A DNA stretch of 64,000 nucleotides from an uncultured Ectothiorhodospiraceae bacterium. Its GTDB lineage: Bacteria > Pseudomonadota > Gammaproteobacteria > UBA6429 > Thiohalophilaceae. Position numbers and translations under genes: made by a program. Shown piece after piece: positions 33,364 to 42,659 of this stretch (position 1 is its first letter; every line of letters starts with the position of its first letter). A model generated the notes under the pieces. That model saw only the letters and a list, made by a program, of their open reading frames with translations. It was not told where the DNA came from and did no database searches. The stretch is taken from assembly GCA_947258695.1 (NCBI GenBank), contig CAMYJG010000007.1:5173-69172 (forward strand), read 5' to 3'.

Positions 33364-34398
33364 TTATGCAACCGCATCGGTGTCCATTTCTTTATGGTAA
33401 CTAATAACGCGTTCAACTTCATTTTTTGAGCCCAGTACAACGGGTACACGTTGGTGTAACTCTTTAGGTTGAATTTCCATTACGCGTTCACGACCTGTTG
33501 AACATGCACCGCCAGCTTGTTCAACGATGTAAGCCATTGGATTACCTTCGTACATTAAACGTAATTTACCTTCAGTCCCTTTTGATTTCATTTTTTCATC
33601 GATTGGGTACATAAAGATACCACCACGAGTCAGGATACGGTGTACTTCAGCTACCATTGATGCTACCCAGCGCATATTGAAGTCTTCACCACGTGCGCCT
33701 GTTGAGCCGGCTAAACATTCATCAACATATTTTTGTACAGGTTTTTCCCAGAAACGTGAGTTAGATGCATTGATGGCGAATTCACGGGTATCTTCAGGAA
33801 TAGTCATACCAGGGTGAGTGAGTACAAATTCACCGATATTTTGATCTAACGTGAAGCCGTTTACACCGTTACCAGTCGTCAGAACCATCATAGTCGATGG
33901 GCCGTATAATGCGTAACCTGCACAAACTTGCTCAGTACCGGCTTGCAAGAAATCTTCAGCAGTTGGGTTTTGGCAATCACCTTTACAACGCAGGATAGAG
34001 AAAATAGTACCAACTGAAACATTAACGTCCATATTTGAAGAGCCATCTAATGGATCAAACGTTAATAAGTATTTACCGCGTGGATATTGCTTAGGGATAT
34101 GGTAAATATCGTCCATTTCTTCAGACGCCATGGCAGCTAAGTGACCTGCCCATTGGTTAGTTTCCAGGAAAACATCATTAGTGATGATATCCATTTTCTT
34201 TTGTTCTTCGCCTTGTACGTTTTCTGAACCTGCTGAACCTAAAACACCAACAAGTTCACCTTGATTAACAAGGTTAGAAATAACTTTGCATGAAGTAACT
34301 ACGTCATTCAAAAGAGAGGTGAAGTCGCCGGTTGCTGAATCGATATGGCGTTGTTCTTCGATAATAAATTGGGTTATGGACGTTTTGCCGTTGTGCAT
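33364..34398 (-). CDS. fbp: Fructose-1,6-bisphosphatase class 1
   Basis: The start is most likely the ATG at 34398 ([17 protein letters not shown]…). The track ORF extends 20 codons further upstream. FBPase motifs are present ([16 protein letters not shown]). Confidence 0.93.
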   Translation of the reverse strand: MHNGKTSITQFIIEEQRHIDSATGDFTSLLNDVVTSCKVISNLVNQGELVGVLGSAGSENVQGEEQKKMDIITNDVFLETNQWAGHLAAMASEEMDDIYHIPKQYPRGKYLLTFDPLDGSSNMDVNVSVGTIFSILRCKGDCQNPTAEDFLQAGTEQVCAGYALYGPSTMMVLTTGNGVNGFTLDQNIGEFVLTHPGMTIPEDTREFAINASNSRFWEKPVQKYVDECLAGSTGARGEDFNMRWVASMVAEVHRILTRGGIFMYPIDEKMKSKGTEGKLRLMYEGNPMAYIVEQAGGACSTGRERVMEIQPKELHQRVPVVLGSKNEVERVISYHKEMDTDAVA

Positions 34399-34591
34399 AT
34401 TGACTCCGAAAAAATCTGGGATTAAATATAAAAATACGCCCAATAGTGAGCGTATCAATTAAAAAGTTTAAAATTTAATCAATTATATCAGAGTATAATA
34501 ATATAGTAAATTTTGTGGTTGGTGATAAATTGACCAGTTGTATTCTGTAGTGAAATGCTATGAAATTACCTAATTTTCAGCAAAAATGAAG

Positions 34592-35347
34592 TTAACAGTC
34601 ACTATCAGGATAAGTAGGGATGGTGCTGATTTCTTTCATCTTTGATTCAATCCAACACTTGGCTTCACGCATGATCTCATCAGGGGACTTGCCTTTTGTT
34701 TCAATTGCCGGGCCTACACTAAAAACGATAGTACCGGTTTGACGTGAAAAGAAGCCTTTAGGCCAATATTCTCCTGCAGTGTGGGCGACAGGAACGACCA
34801 GTTTTTCACTTTTAGCAGCCAAAATGCCCCCGCCTTTTTTATAGGGCAGACGCGTTCCAGGTTTTGAGCGTGTGCCCTCCGGGTAGATCACCACCCAGAT
34901 GCCCTTGTTCATCCGCTCAATACCTTGCTTGATGATATGGACAATGGCTTTTCGTCCCGCTTTACGGTCAATCGCGATGGGATCAATGGCTCTGAGTCCC
35001 CAGCCAAAGAACGGTAGCCACAGTAGTTCTTTCTTGAGGACAAAGGTGAGAGGAGGGAAAACACGTTGCACGATCATAGTTTCGAGAGCTGACTGGTGCT
35101 TGCAAAATATCAGGTGACTACCTTCAGGTATATTTTCTCTGCCTTCGACACGATAATCAATTTTACATAAGTGTTTCAGTACCCAAAGATTTAAGACGGA
35201 ATAAAAATTGATAAATTTATAGCGTATTGGAAAAGAAAAAGGTAAAAAAATTGTCGCAATAATCGAGATATAGACAGACGATATAAACATGGTGCTGACA
35301 AAGGCAAGTGAGTAGAAAGGTTGTAGTAAATTTTTAGCTTTAAACAT
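34592..35347 (-). CDS. plsC: 1-acyl-sn-glycerol-3-phosphate acyltransferase
   Basis: 251 aa with the acyltransferase HX4D-type motif (CKHQSALE) and the YPEGTRS block. Confidence 0.85.
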   Translation of the reverse strand: MFKAKNLLQPFYSLAFVSTMFISSVYISIIATIFLPFSFPIRYKFINFYSVLNLWVLKHLCKIDYRVEGRENIPEGSHLIFCKHQSALETMIVQRVFPPLTFVLKKELLWLPFFGWGLRAIDPIAIDRKAGRKAIVHIIKQGIERMNKGIWVVIYPEGTRSKPGTRLPYKKGGGILAAKSEKLVVPVAHTAGEYWPKGFFSRQTGTIVFSVGPAIETKGKSPDEIMREAKCWIESKMKEISTIPTYPDSDC

Positions 35348-35348
35348 A

Positions 35349-35885
35349 TTATTTTAATAACCAGTTAACAAAATCTGATAGATCATTATAAACAGAAATA
35401 TCTTTAAGTCCTTCACCTTTTTGAATGGTGCGCTCTCCTTTTCCTGTTCTTACCAGGTAAGGTTTAGCATTGATACTTTGCGCTGCCTGTAAATCCCTTA
35501 AAGAATCGCCAACAACAATAATGTCTGAATAGTCTGATAAGCTAGCTTGCTCAGCAATTTTTAAATACATACCTGCTTTAGGTTTACGGCAATCACAGTT
35601 TTCATCCGGACCATGTGGACAGTATTCTATACCATCGACTTCAGCATCGTGCTCTTGCAATAAGGCTGCAAGTTTTTTATGCATGGCATGCAGGGTTTCA
35701 ACAGTATAGTAACCGCGGTAAATCCCAGACTGGTTGGTAGCAATGTAAACTTTATAGCCGGCATGTTTGAGTTTTGCGATTGCTTCTATACTGCCAGGTA
35801 GAGGAATAAACTCGTCAACGGATTTTATAAAATTATCAGAATCCTGGTTAATAACTCCATCGCGGTCAAGAATGATTATTTTCAT
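35349..35885 (-). CDS. gmhB: D-glycero-beta-D-manno-heptose-1,7-bisphosphate 7-phosphatase
   Basis: 178 aa with HAD-IIIA motif LDRDGVIN and the Zn-loop CPHGPDENCDCRKP. Confidence 0.88.
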   Translation of the reverse strand: MKIIILDRDGVINQDSDNFIKSVDEFIPLPGSIEAIAKLKHAGYKVYIATNQSGIYRGYYTVETLHAMHKKLAALLQEHDAEVDGIEYCPHGPDENCDCRKPKAGMYLKIAEQASLSDYSDIIVVGDSLRDLQAAQSINAKPYLVRTGKGERTIQKGEGLKDISVYNDLSDFVNWLLK

Positions 35886-35889
35886 TTTT

Positions 35890-36027
35890 ACCGCAAAGAC
35901 GCAGAGTTCGCAAAGAAAATTGATGCGGGATTAGAACTTGTATTGAAAGCTTGATTCAATAAATGAAGAATTATTATATTTGTTAAGTTATCCATATAAA
36001 ACTTTGCGTTCTTTGCGCCTCTGCGGT
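35890..36027. repeat. Family-B palindromic intergenic element (B2)
   Basis: Left arm is ACCGCAAAGACGCAGAGTTCGCAAAG (35890..35915). Right arm is CTTTGCGTTCTTTGCGCCTCTGCGGT (36002..36027), an imperfect match. The element starts 4 nt from the gmhB ATG and ends 8 nt from the mazG-like stop. Confidence 0.8.
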
Positions 36028-36035
36028 GAGATTAT

Positions 36036-36362
36036 TTACTTAAATTCAGATACTCTTATACGTCCATTGACCATTTTGGAATCGCGTTGCATGATTTTAT
36101 CCATTTTATCCCAGAAGGCCTGGTTTAAATCAAAGTCTGCAGAAATAGCAGTGCCAATCAATAAAATAAAAAGGTCTGCGGTTTCTTCGGCGAGTTGTTG
36201 TTTGTCTTTTCCTTTGGTTACACAGGAAGAAATTTCACCAAGTTCTTCAGCCATTAATGAAATACGGTAAGTGAGATCTTCACCGCCGGTATTTTTAAAA
36301 TCATGCTTATCATGAAAAGCCTGGACTTTTGCTAGCATGTCTTTATAAGAGTCTTTATTCAT
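36036..36362 (-). CDS. MazG-like nucleotide pyrophosphohydrolase domain protein
   Basis: 108 aa with the EExxE…D metal-binding helices (LMAEELGE, AEETADL). Confidence 0.7.
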   Translation of the reverse strand: MNKDSYKDMLAKVQAFHDKHDFKNTGGEDLTYRISLMAEELGEISSCVTKGKDKQQLAEETADLFILLIGTAISADFDLNQAFWDKMDKIMQRDSKMVNGRIRVSEFK

Positions 36363-36380
36363 GTTTTAACCATTAATTTA

Positions 36381-36533
36381 GCCACCAAGGACACGAAGAA
36401 CACCAAGAAAAAATTAGAAAATAAAACCACGAGATTCACGAGGTTAGAAATATTAAAAGCTTCTCCCTGTGCTCCCCCGTGTTCCCGGTAGTTAGTTTTT
36501 GGTTTTCTTTGTGTTCTTCGTGTCCTTGGTGGC
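36381..36533. repeat. Family-A nested palindromic element (A2)
   Basis: Outer arms are GCCACCAAGGACACGAAGAACACCAAG and CTTTGTGTTCTTCGTGTCCTTGGTGGC, with one mismatch over 27 bp. An inner module is CACGAGATTCACGAGG / CCCTGTGCTCCCCCGTGTTCCCGG. Confidence 0.88.
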
Positions 36534-36545
36534 TATTAATTGTTT

Positions 36546-38618
36546 TTATTGCAATTTAGATATATCTGCAATTTGTAAAAACAAACTATGTAACTTATTC
36601 AATAAGGCAATACGATTATTTTTAAGTTTATTATCATCAGTCATAACCATGACATCATCGAAAAATTGATCGACATCTTTTCGTAAACTTGAAAGTTCAG
36701 TCAGTGCATCCTGGTACTTGGCTTCATCGATCATAGTCTGAACTTTATCATCAAGTTCAGTTAAGGTTTTATTCAGGCTTTGCTCTGCAGGTTCTTGTAG
36801 TAATGTTTCAGATATTTTATCAGGTAGTTTACCTTCTACTTTCTTCAGTATATTTCCAATACGTTTATTTGCAGCGGCAAGGCTTTCCGCTTCGCTCAAC
36901 TGCCGGAAACTATCGACAGCGAGTAAACGATTATTAATATCTAAAGGTTTAGTCGGTTTAGTACTGAGTACTGCATCCAGTACATCGGGACGTATTCCCT
37001 TATCCAGATAATAAGCATGTAAACGATCCAGCATAAATTCAAACACAGTGACTTCCGCTTCGGTCGCTTTAATACTTGAATCATGCTGTTTTGCGGCAAT
37101 TTTAATTAAGTGCTGTAAATCCAGATCCAGATTATTTTCAATCAATATTCTTAACACACCTAGCGCAGCTCTACGTAGCGCAAAAGGATCTTTATCGCCT
37201 GTAGGTATTTGGCCGATTGCAAAAATACCGAGCAGGGTGTCGAGTCGATCAGCAATGGCTAAAGACTGACTGGTTATACTTTGTGGTAAGCTATCACCAG
37301 AGAACTTAGGTTTGTAATAATCTTCTAACGCTTGCGCAACTTCAGCATTTTCGCCATCATGCTCTGCGTAATAGCGTCCCATAACACCTTGCAAACTGGC
37401 AAATTCACCGACCATTTCAGTCATAAGATCACATTTACAAAGTTCTGCTGCACGTAAAGCAAGTTGAGTATTACCAGCAAGTTGATCTGCGATTGCAGCG
37501 CTTAGTTTTTGAACGCGTTTGGTTTTATCGAGTAAGGTACCAAGTTTCTTTTGAAAGACAACCGTGCCTAACTGTTCTGAGCGATCAATCAGTTTTGATT
37601 TACGATCTTGTGACCAGAAAAATTCAGCATCTGCAAAACGTGGTCTTATAACACGTTCGTTTCCTTCCTGAACTTTAGAAACATCTTTACTTTCAATATT
37701 ACTAACGGTAATAAAATGAGGAAGTAGTGCACCTTTTTTATCAACGACATAGAAATATTTCTGGTTTGTTTTCATGGTAAGAATTAAGGCTTCTTGCGGA
37801 ACATCAAGAAAACGTTTTTCAAAATTCCCCATAACAGCGACTGGCCATTCAACCATTGCTGAGACTTCATCGAGTAAATCTTCATCAATAATGGCTTTGC
37901 CGTTTTTACTTAAAGCGATTTCATCCACCTGGCCACGTACCGCTTCTTTGCGGCGCTCAAAATCAGCGATAACTTTACCGTGGGTTTCCAGTAGCATTTC
38001 ATATTCAGACGGCGAAGGTATGGTAATGCTTTCGGGGTGATGGAAACGGTGGCCACGTGTTTCACGGCCACTTTTAACACTGAGTATTTCAGCATTAATA
38101 ACATTATCACCGAACAGTAATATCAGCCATTGAACAGGGCGAACGAATTGTGCATCTAAATCTGCCCAACGCATACGCTTGGCAATGGGTAATTTATCTA
38201 ATGCTGTTTGTACAATTTCAGGTATTAACTCGAAAGTCTTTTGACCCTTTTTTGTGCTTTTAAAGTTTAACCAGGCACCTTTGTCAGTTTCCAGCTTTTC
38301 CAGATCTTCAACTTTAACCCCACAAGAACGTGCAAAACCTTCTGCAGCTTTACTTGGGCAACCATCTTCATCAAAGGCTGCTGCAATGGCTGGGCCGCGG
38401 CGTTCAACGGCTTTATCTTTTTGCTTAACTTCCAGATCACTAACCAGCAAAGCAAGTCGTCTCGGAGCTGCAAATTTTTTAATATTTGAAAAAGATAAAT
38501 CGGCATTTTCTAAGCTTGATTTAACACCACTATAAAAAGCATTAGATAATTTACTTAAAGTTGCTGGGGGCAACTCTTCGGTACCAATTTCTATCAGGAG
38601 ATCATTCGTCTTGCTCAT
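36546..38618 (-). CDS. glyS: Glycine--tRNA ligase beta subunit
   Basis: 690 aa. It overlaps the glyQ stop by 4 nt, the typical glyQS operon arrangement. Confidence 0.96.
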   Translation of the reverse strand: MSKTNDLLIEIGTEELPPATLSKLSNAFYSGVKSSLENADLSFSNIKKFAAPRRLALLVSDLEVKQKDKAVERRGPAIAAAFDEDGCPSKAAEGFARSCGVKVEDLEKLETDKGAWLNFKSTKKGQKTFELIPEIVQTALDKLPIAKRMRWADLDAQFVRPVQWLILLFGDNVINAEILSVKSGRETRGHRFHHPESITIPSPSEYEMLLETHGKVIADFERRKEAVRGQVDEIALSKNGKAIIDEDLLDEVSAMVEWPVAVMGNFEKRFLDVPQEALILTMKTNQKYFYVVDKKGALLPHFITVSNIESKDVSKVQEGNERVIRPRFADAEFFWSQDRKSKLIDRSEQLGTVVFQKKLGTLLDKTKRVQKLSAAIADQLAGNTQLALRAAELCKCDLMTEMVGEFASLQGVMGRYYAEHDGENAEVAQALEDYYKPKFSGDSLPQSITSQSLAIADRLDTLLGIFAIGQIPTGDKDPFALRRAALGVLRILIENNLDLDLQHLIKIAAKQHDSSIKATEAEVTVFEFMLDRLHAYYLDKGIRPDVLDAVLSTKPTKPLDINNRLLAVDSFRQLSEAESLAAANKRIGNILKKVEGKLPDKISETLLQEPAEQSLNKTLTELDDKVQTMIDEAKYQDALTELSSLRKDVDQFFDDVMVMTDDNKLKNNRIALLNKLHSLFLQIADISKLQ

Positions 38619-39544
38619 GATTTGTCTCCTTTAACTAGCGGGAAGCCAAGCGATTCACGTTTCTCATAATAGGCTTCAGCAACTGCCCGTGATAGCGCGC
38701 GCACCCGTAAAATATAGCGTTGACGTTCGGTAACCGAAATAGCACGACGTGCATCAAGTAAATTAAAGGTATGTGATGCCTGCAGCATTTGTTCATAAGC
38801 AGGCAGTGGTAATCCGGCATCATTGAGTTTGATGCTTTCACTTTCACACAGATCAAATTGTTTGAATAATTCTTCCACGTTGGCTTGTTCAAAATTGTAA
38901 GTTGATTGTTCAACTTCATTTTGGTGAAAAACATCACCGTAACTGACTTTTCCTTGCGGACCATCTGTCCAGACTAAATCGTAAATACTGTTTTTACCTT
39001 GTAAATACATGGCAATGCGTTCAAGGCCATAGGTAATTTCACCGGTTACCGGTTTACATTCAAGGCCGCCTACTTGTTGGAAATAGGTGAATTGAGTGAC
39101 TTCCATGCCATTGAGCCAGACTTCCCAGCCAAGTCCCCATGCACCGAGAGTCGGTGATTCCCAGTTGTCCTCTACAAAACGAATATCGTGAACCAACGGG
39201 TCAATTCCGAGCATTTTCAATGAATCGAGGTACAGCTCCTGAATATCTAATGGCGAAGGTTTGATTGCGACCTGAAATTGGTAATAGTGCTGTAATCGGT
39301 TCGGGTTTTCGCCATATCGACCGTCTGTGGGACGGCGACAAGGCTGAACATAAGCCGTTGCCCAGGGCTCAGGACCAATAGCACGTAAAAAGGTGGCGGG
39401 ATGGAATGTGCCTGCGCCGACTTCCATATCGTAGGGCTGAAGAATTACACAGCCTTTTTCTGCCCAGTACTGCTGCAGAGTAAGTATGAGGCCCTGAAAA
39501 GTTTCAGCTGGGTTTGCATTGGACTGTAATTTTGATTTAGCCAA
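38615..39544 (-). CDS. glyQ: Glycine--tRNA ligase alpha subunit
   Basis: 309 aa with an apparent TTG start and AGGA 8 nt upstream. The core is highly conserved ([18 protein letters not shown]…). Confidence 0.95.
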   Translation of the reverse strand: MAKSKLQSNANPAETFQGLILTLQQYWAEKGCVILQPYDMEVGAGTFHPATFLRAIGPEPWATAYVQPCRRPTDGRYGENPNRLQHYYQFQVAIKPSPLDIQELYLDSLKMLGIDPLVHDIRFVEDNWESPTLGAWGLGWEVWLNGMEVTQFTYFQQVGGLECKPVTGEITYGLERIAMYLQGKNSIYDLVWTDGPQGKVSYGDVFHQNEVEQSTYNFEQANVEELFKQFDLCESESIKLNDAGLPLPAYEQMLQASHTFNLLDARRAISVTERQRYILRVRALSRAVAEAYYEKRESLGFPLVKGDKS

Positions 39545-39778
39545 GGGAATTCCTAGTTATTCGACCATTTAACAAGCCGGATATTATAGCGGTACAACAT
39601 AGGAGGTGAAACCTGCAATTGACAGATATCGGCTTAAGATATGGGTGAATTAGTGGCTTTGTGTCCTGGTTTGAGGTGAGTAAAAGTGAATAATTTGTTA
39701 TTATTACTGATTTACAGTTTCGGTAAAATCTTCGCCGGATTCTTTTGACTTATCATATTATTTTAACGGTTTCTTCTT

Positions 39779-40822
39779 ATGAGCAAGCAACGCAAAGCAG
39801 TCGCCCTAATTTCGGGTGGGCTGGATTCTTTATTAGCCGCCAAGGTGATGTTGGAGCAAGGAGTACATGTAGAGGGAATTAACTTTTTTACCGGTTTTTG
39901 TGTAGAGGGCCATACCCACGCTATTCGTAAAAAAGATAAAGCAAAGCCAAAACGTAACAACGCGTTATGGTCAGCTGAACAACTGGGGATTAAGTTACAT
40001 ATTATCGATGTTATTGAAGAATACAAAGACGTATTATTAAACCCAAAACATGGTTATGGACAAAATATGAATCCTTGTCTGGACTGTAAAGGTTTTATGG
40101 TAAAAAAAGCCGTTGAATGGATTAAAGAAAATGATTTTGATTTTATTATCACCGGTGAAGTAATTGGCCAGCGACCCATGTCGCAACGAAAAGAAACCAT
40201 GCCGATTGTGCAACGTGAGTCGGGTGCAGGTGATTTATTATTACGCCCTCTTTGCGCAAAAAATTTACCAGAAACATTGCCTGAACGTGAAGGTTGGGTA
40301 GACAGAGAAAAGTTACTCGACTTTAGTGGCCGCACCCGTAAACCACAAATGGCATTAGCTGAGCAGTATGGTTTTAAAGAATATGCGTCACCCGCAGGTG
40401 GTTGTTGTTTCTTAACCGATAAAAATTATTCAGATAAGTTAGTTGATATGTGGCAACATCGTTCCAGTCGTGACTATGAACTCGATGACATTATGATGTT
40501 AAAAGTGGGTCGCCATATCCGTCCGAACGATAATTTTAAAATGATAGTCGGCCGTGAACAGGGTGAAAATAAATTCATGGAAGGTTATCGAAAAATTTAT
40601 CCTTATATCCATTGTAGTAGTCATAAAGGTCCGTTGGTTTTATTAGATGGTGAGTTAAATGACAGTGATGTTGAACTTGCCGCACGGATTGCTGCGCGTT
40701 TTGGGCAGGGTCGCGATGCTGATGAAGTTGAAATGTCAGTAACTTATCCAGACGGTAAAAATACAGTATTAAAAGTAAAACCCATGCCAGCTGATGAAAT
40801 TTCAGAAGCATGGTATGTATAA
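39779..40822 (+). CDS. PP-loop ATP pyrophosphatase family protein, ThiI/MnmA-like, with no THUMP or rhodanese domain visible
   Basis: 347 aa with the SGGxDS PP-loop (ALISGGLDS), a CxxC (NPCLDCKGF) and a later GGCCF. Confidence 0.6.
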   Translation: MSKQRKAVALISGGLDSLLAAKVMLEQGVHVEGINFFTGFCVEGHTHAIRKKDKAKPKRNNALWSAEQLGIKLHIIDVIEEYKDVLLNPKHGYGQNMNPCLDCKGFMVKKAVEWIKENDFDFIITGEVIGQRPMSQRKETMPIVQRESGAGDLLLRPLCAKNLPETLPEREGWVDREKLLDFSGRTRKPQMALAEQYGFKEYASPAGGCCFLTDKNYSDKLVDMWQHRSSRDYELDDIMMLKVGRHIRPNDNFKMIVGREQGENKFMEGYRKIYPYIHCSSHKGPLVLLDGELNDSDVELAARIAARFGQGRDADEVEMSVTYPDGKNTVLKVKPMPADEISEAWYV

Positions 40823-40832
40823 AATAAAGTTG

Positions 40833-40983
40833 GCCACGAAGGGCACAAAGTACACCAAGAAAATTAAAAACTAACCACGGGGAGCACAGGGTACACGGGG
40901 GTTTTTATAATTAATTAACCCCGTGCTCCCCGTGTCCCAGTGGTTTAATATTTAAAATATATTAACTTTGTGTCCTTCGTGGC
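40833..40983. repeat. Family-A nested palindromic element (A3)
   Basis: Outer arms are GCCACGAAGGGCACAAAGTACACCAAG and CTTTGTGTCCTTCGTGGC. The inner hairpin is CACGGGGAGCACAGGGTACACGGGGG / CCCCGTGCTCCCCGTGTCCCAGTGG. It lies 10 nt after the PP-loop gene stop and 19 nt before the tusA-like ATG. Confidence 0.88.
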
Positions 40984-41002
40984 TAATATTCAGGTTTAAT
41001 TT

Positions 41003-41242
41003 ATGAAACATACGTTAGATGCAAAACGACTGCTCTGTCCAATGCCGGTTATACGCACGCAGGACAGGATAAAATCATTATCACCAGGCGATGTGCTTGA
41101 AGTGGTATGTACCGATCCAGGTGCATTAAATGATGTACCAGCTTGGTGTCGGATCAATGGTCATAAAGTACTGGATACAAAAACCGTCGATGATGAAGTC
41201 TTCATTATGATTGAGGTGCGTGATGATGGAGAACAAGCATAA
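41003..41242 (+). CDS. TusA/SirA-family sulfurtransferase-like protein
   Basis: 79 aa with the conserved CPxP motif (LLCPMPVIRT). Confidence 0.8.
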   Translation: MKHTLDAKRLLCPMPVIRTQDRIKSLSPGDVLEVVCTDPGALNDVPAWCRINGHKVLDTKTVDDEVFIMIEVRDDGEQA

Positions 41243-42438
41243 TGGGACATGATCACCATCATGATCATGCTGTTGATGATGACGGCAACGCATTATTAAC
41301 ATCTAGTCAACGTTATAAAGATACCATTCGAGTTACGGTGATAGGCTCGATTGTCGATTTCCTATTAGGTATAGCAAAAATTGTTGTTGGCTTTATTGCG
41401 CAATCACAGGCATTGGTTGCAGATGGTGTTCATTCTTTATCAGATTTAGTAACCGATGTTGCAGTTTTGTACGCGGCAAAACATTCTCACCAGGAAGCCG
41501 ATGAAGAACATCCTTATGGACATGGAAGGATAGAGACGGTTGTTACCGTCGGTTTAGGTATTGCCTTAATGGGTGTATCCATTGGTATTATGATTGATGC
41601 AACCCACCGCCTGTTTAATCCCAATACATTATTTGAACCCGGCATATTGGCTTTAACAGTTGCTATAATTTCGGTTCTGGCCAAAGAAGCGATTTATCAA
41701 TACACCATGATGGTTGCACGACGTTATCGCTCTAACATGCTAAAAGCCAATGCATGGCACAGTCGCAGTGATGCAATCTCATCCATTATTGTTGTGATCG
41801 GTATTATTGGCAGTATGGCTGGCTTAATTTATCTTGATTCTATTGCCGCAATTGGTGTTGGTATTATGATTGCGAAAATTGGCTGGGATTTAGCCTGGCA
41901 TAGCGTCAAAGAACTGATAGATACCGGCCTCGAAGCAGAAAGAGTTAAGGCCATTGAGAAAAGTATTTTAGATGTTGATGGCGTTGAGACATTGCATATT
42001 TTGCGTACCCGGCAAATTGGTGCAGATGCACTGGTTGATGTGCATATTCAGGTCGATTCGCACATCAGCGTTTCTGAAGCACATTATATTAGTGAAATGG
42101 TGCGCGGAAAGTTAATTAACGAAATTGAAGAAGTCATTGATGTGATGGTGCATATCGATCCGGAAGATGATGAAGATATGCCGGTAATAGAAAAATTACC
42201 ACTGCGACAGGAAATGATGACAAAAATGGAGACGGCATGGGAAAATGTCGGGGAAGCGACAAAAATCGAAAAAATAACAATGCACTATTTACAGGGAAAA
42301 ATACAAATAGAACTTTTGTTACCGTTGGCAATTCTGCATAATGCGCAACCGGATGCAGAAAAAGCAGTGAAACAGCGTTTTAAACAGGCGTTGGCTAATG
42401 TAGAAGAAATTACTGACGTTTCAATACATTATCACTAA
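41242..42438 (+). CDS. Cation diffusion facilitator family transporter with a His-rich N-terminus and an extended C-terminus
   Basis: 398 aa starting MGHDHHHDH. It has 6 TM helices with HSLSD / HSRSD metal sites, a cytoplasmic CTD, and roughly 100 additional residues. Its ATG overlaps the tusA-like TAA (TAATG). Confidence 0.85.
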   Translation: MGHDHHHDHAVDDDGNALLTSSQRYKDTIRVTVIGSIVDFLLGIAKIVVGFIAQSQALVADGVHSLSDLVTDVAVLYAAKHSHQEADEEHPYGHGRIETVVTVGLGIALMGVSIGIMIDATHRLFNPNTLFEPGILALTVAIISVLAKEAIYQYTMMVARRYRSNMLKANAWHSRSDAISSIIVVIGIIGSMAGLIYLDSIAAIGVGIMIAKIGWDLAWHSVKELIDTGLEAERVKAIEKSILDVDGVETLHILRTRQIGADALVDVHIQVDSHISVSEAHYISEMVRGKLINEIEEVIDVMVHIDPEDDEDMPVIEKLPLRQEMMTKMETAWENVGEATKIEKITMHYLQGKIQIELLLPLAILHNAQPDAEKAVKQRFKQALANVEEITDVSIHYH

Positions 42439-42450
42439 CAAAGTAAATTA

Positions 42451-42490
42451 TGCACCGATGTAGTGCGTTATATTGCTTTATTGCACCAAA
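42451..42490 (+). promoter_or_regulatory. NtrC-type enhancer sites upstream of glnA
   Basis: TGCACCGATGTAGTGCG at 42451..42467 is close to TGCACC-N5-GGTGCA. TTGCACCAAA lies at 42481..42490. Confidence 0.6.
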
Positions 42491-42570
42491 GAAGGCCTTT
42501 TTTAAAAGAGTTAAAACAAGATTAAAGATAAAATATAATAAAAATCAAGGCGTTAAATTTTTGTGGTGAA

Positions 42571-42586
42571 TGGCACATTTAGTGCT
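42571..42586 (+). promoter_or_regulatory. Sigma54 promoter of glnA
   Basis: TGGCACATTTAGTGCT has GG at 42572-73 and GC at 42584-85, the correct 12-nt offset. Confidence 0.7.
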
Positions 42587-42659
42587 CTAAAAAGCAGCAT
42601 ATAAATTACAATTTATAAAAAAATATTATTAATACTTCTTAGGAAAATGGAGAAATCAC

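Noticed and set aside
34399-34458. N-terminal 20-codon extension of the fbp ORF ([20 protein letters not shown])
   Set aside because: The conserved FBPase N-terminus begins at the internal ATG at 34398 ([17 protein letters not shown]). The extension is hydrophobic, which is unexpected for a cytosolic FBPase.
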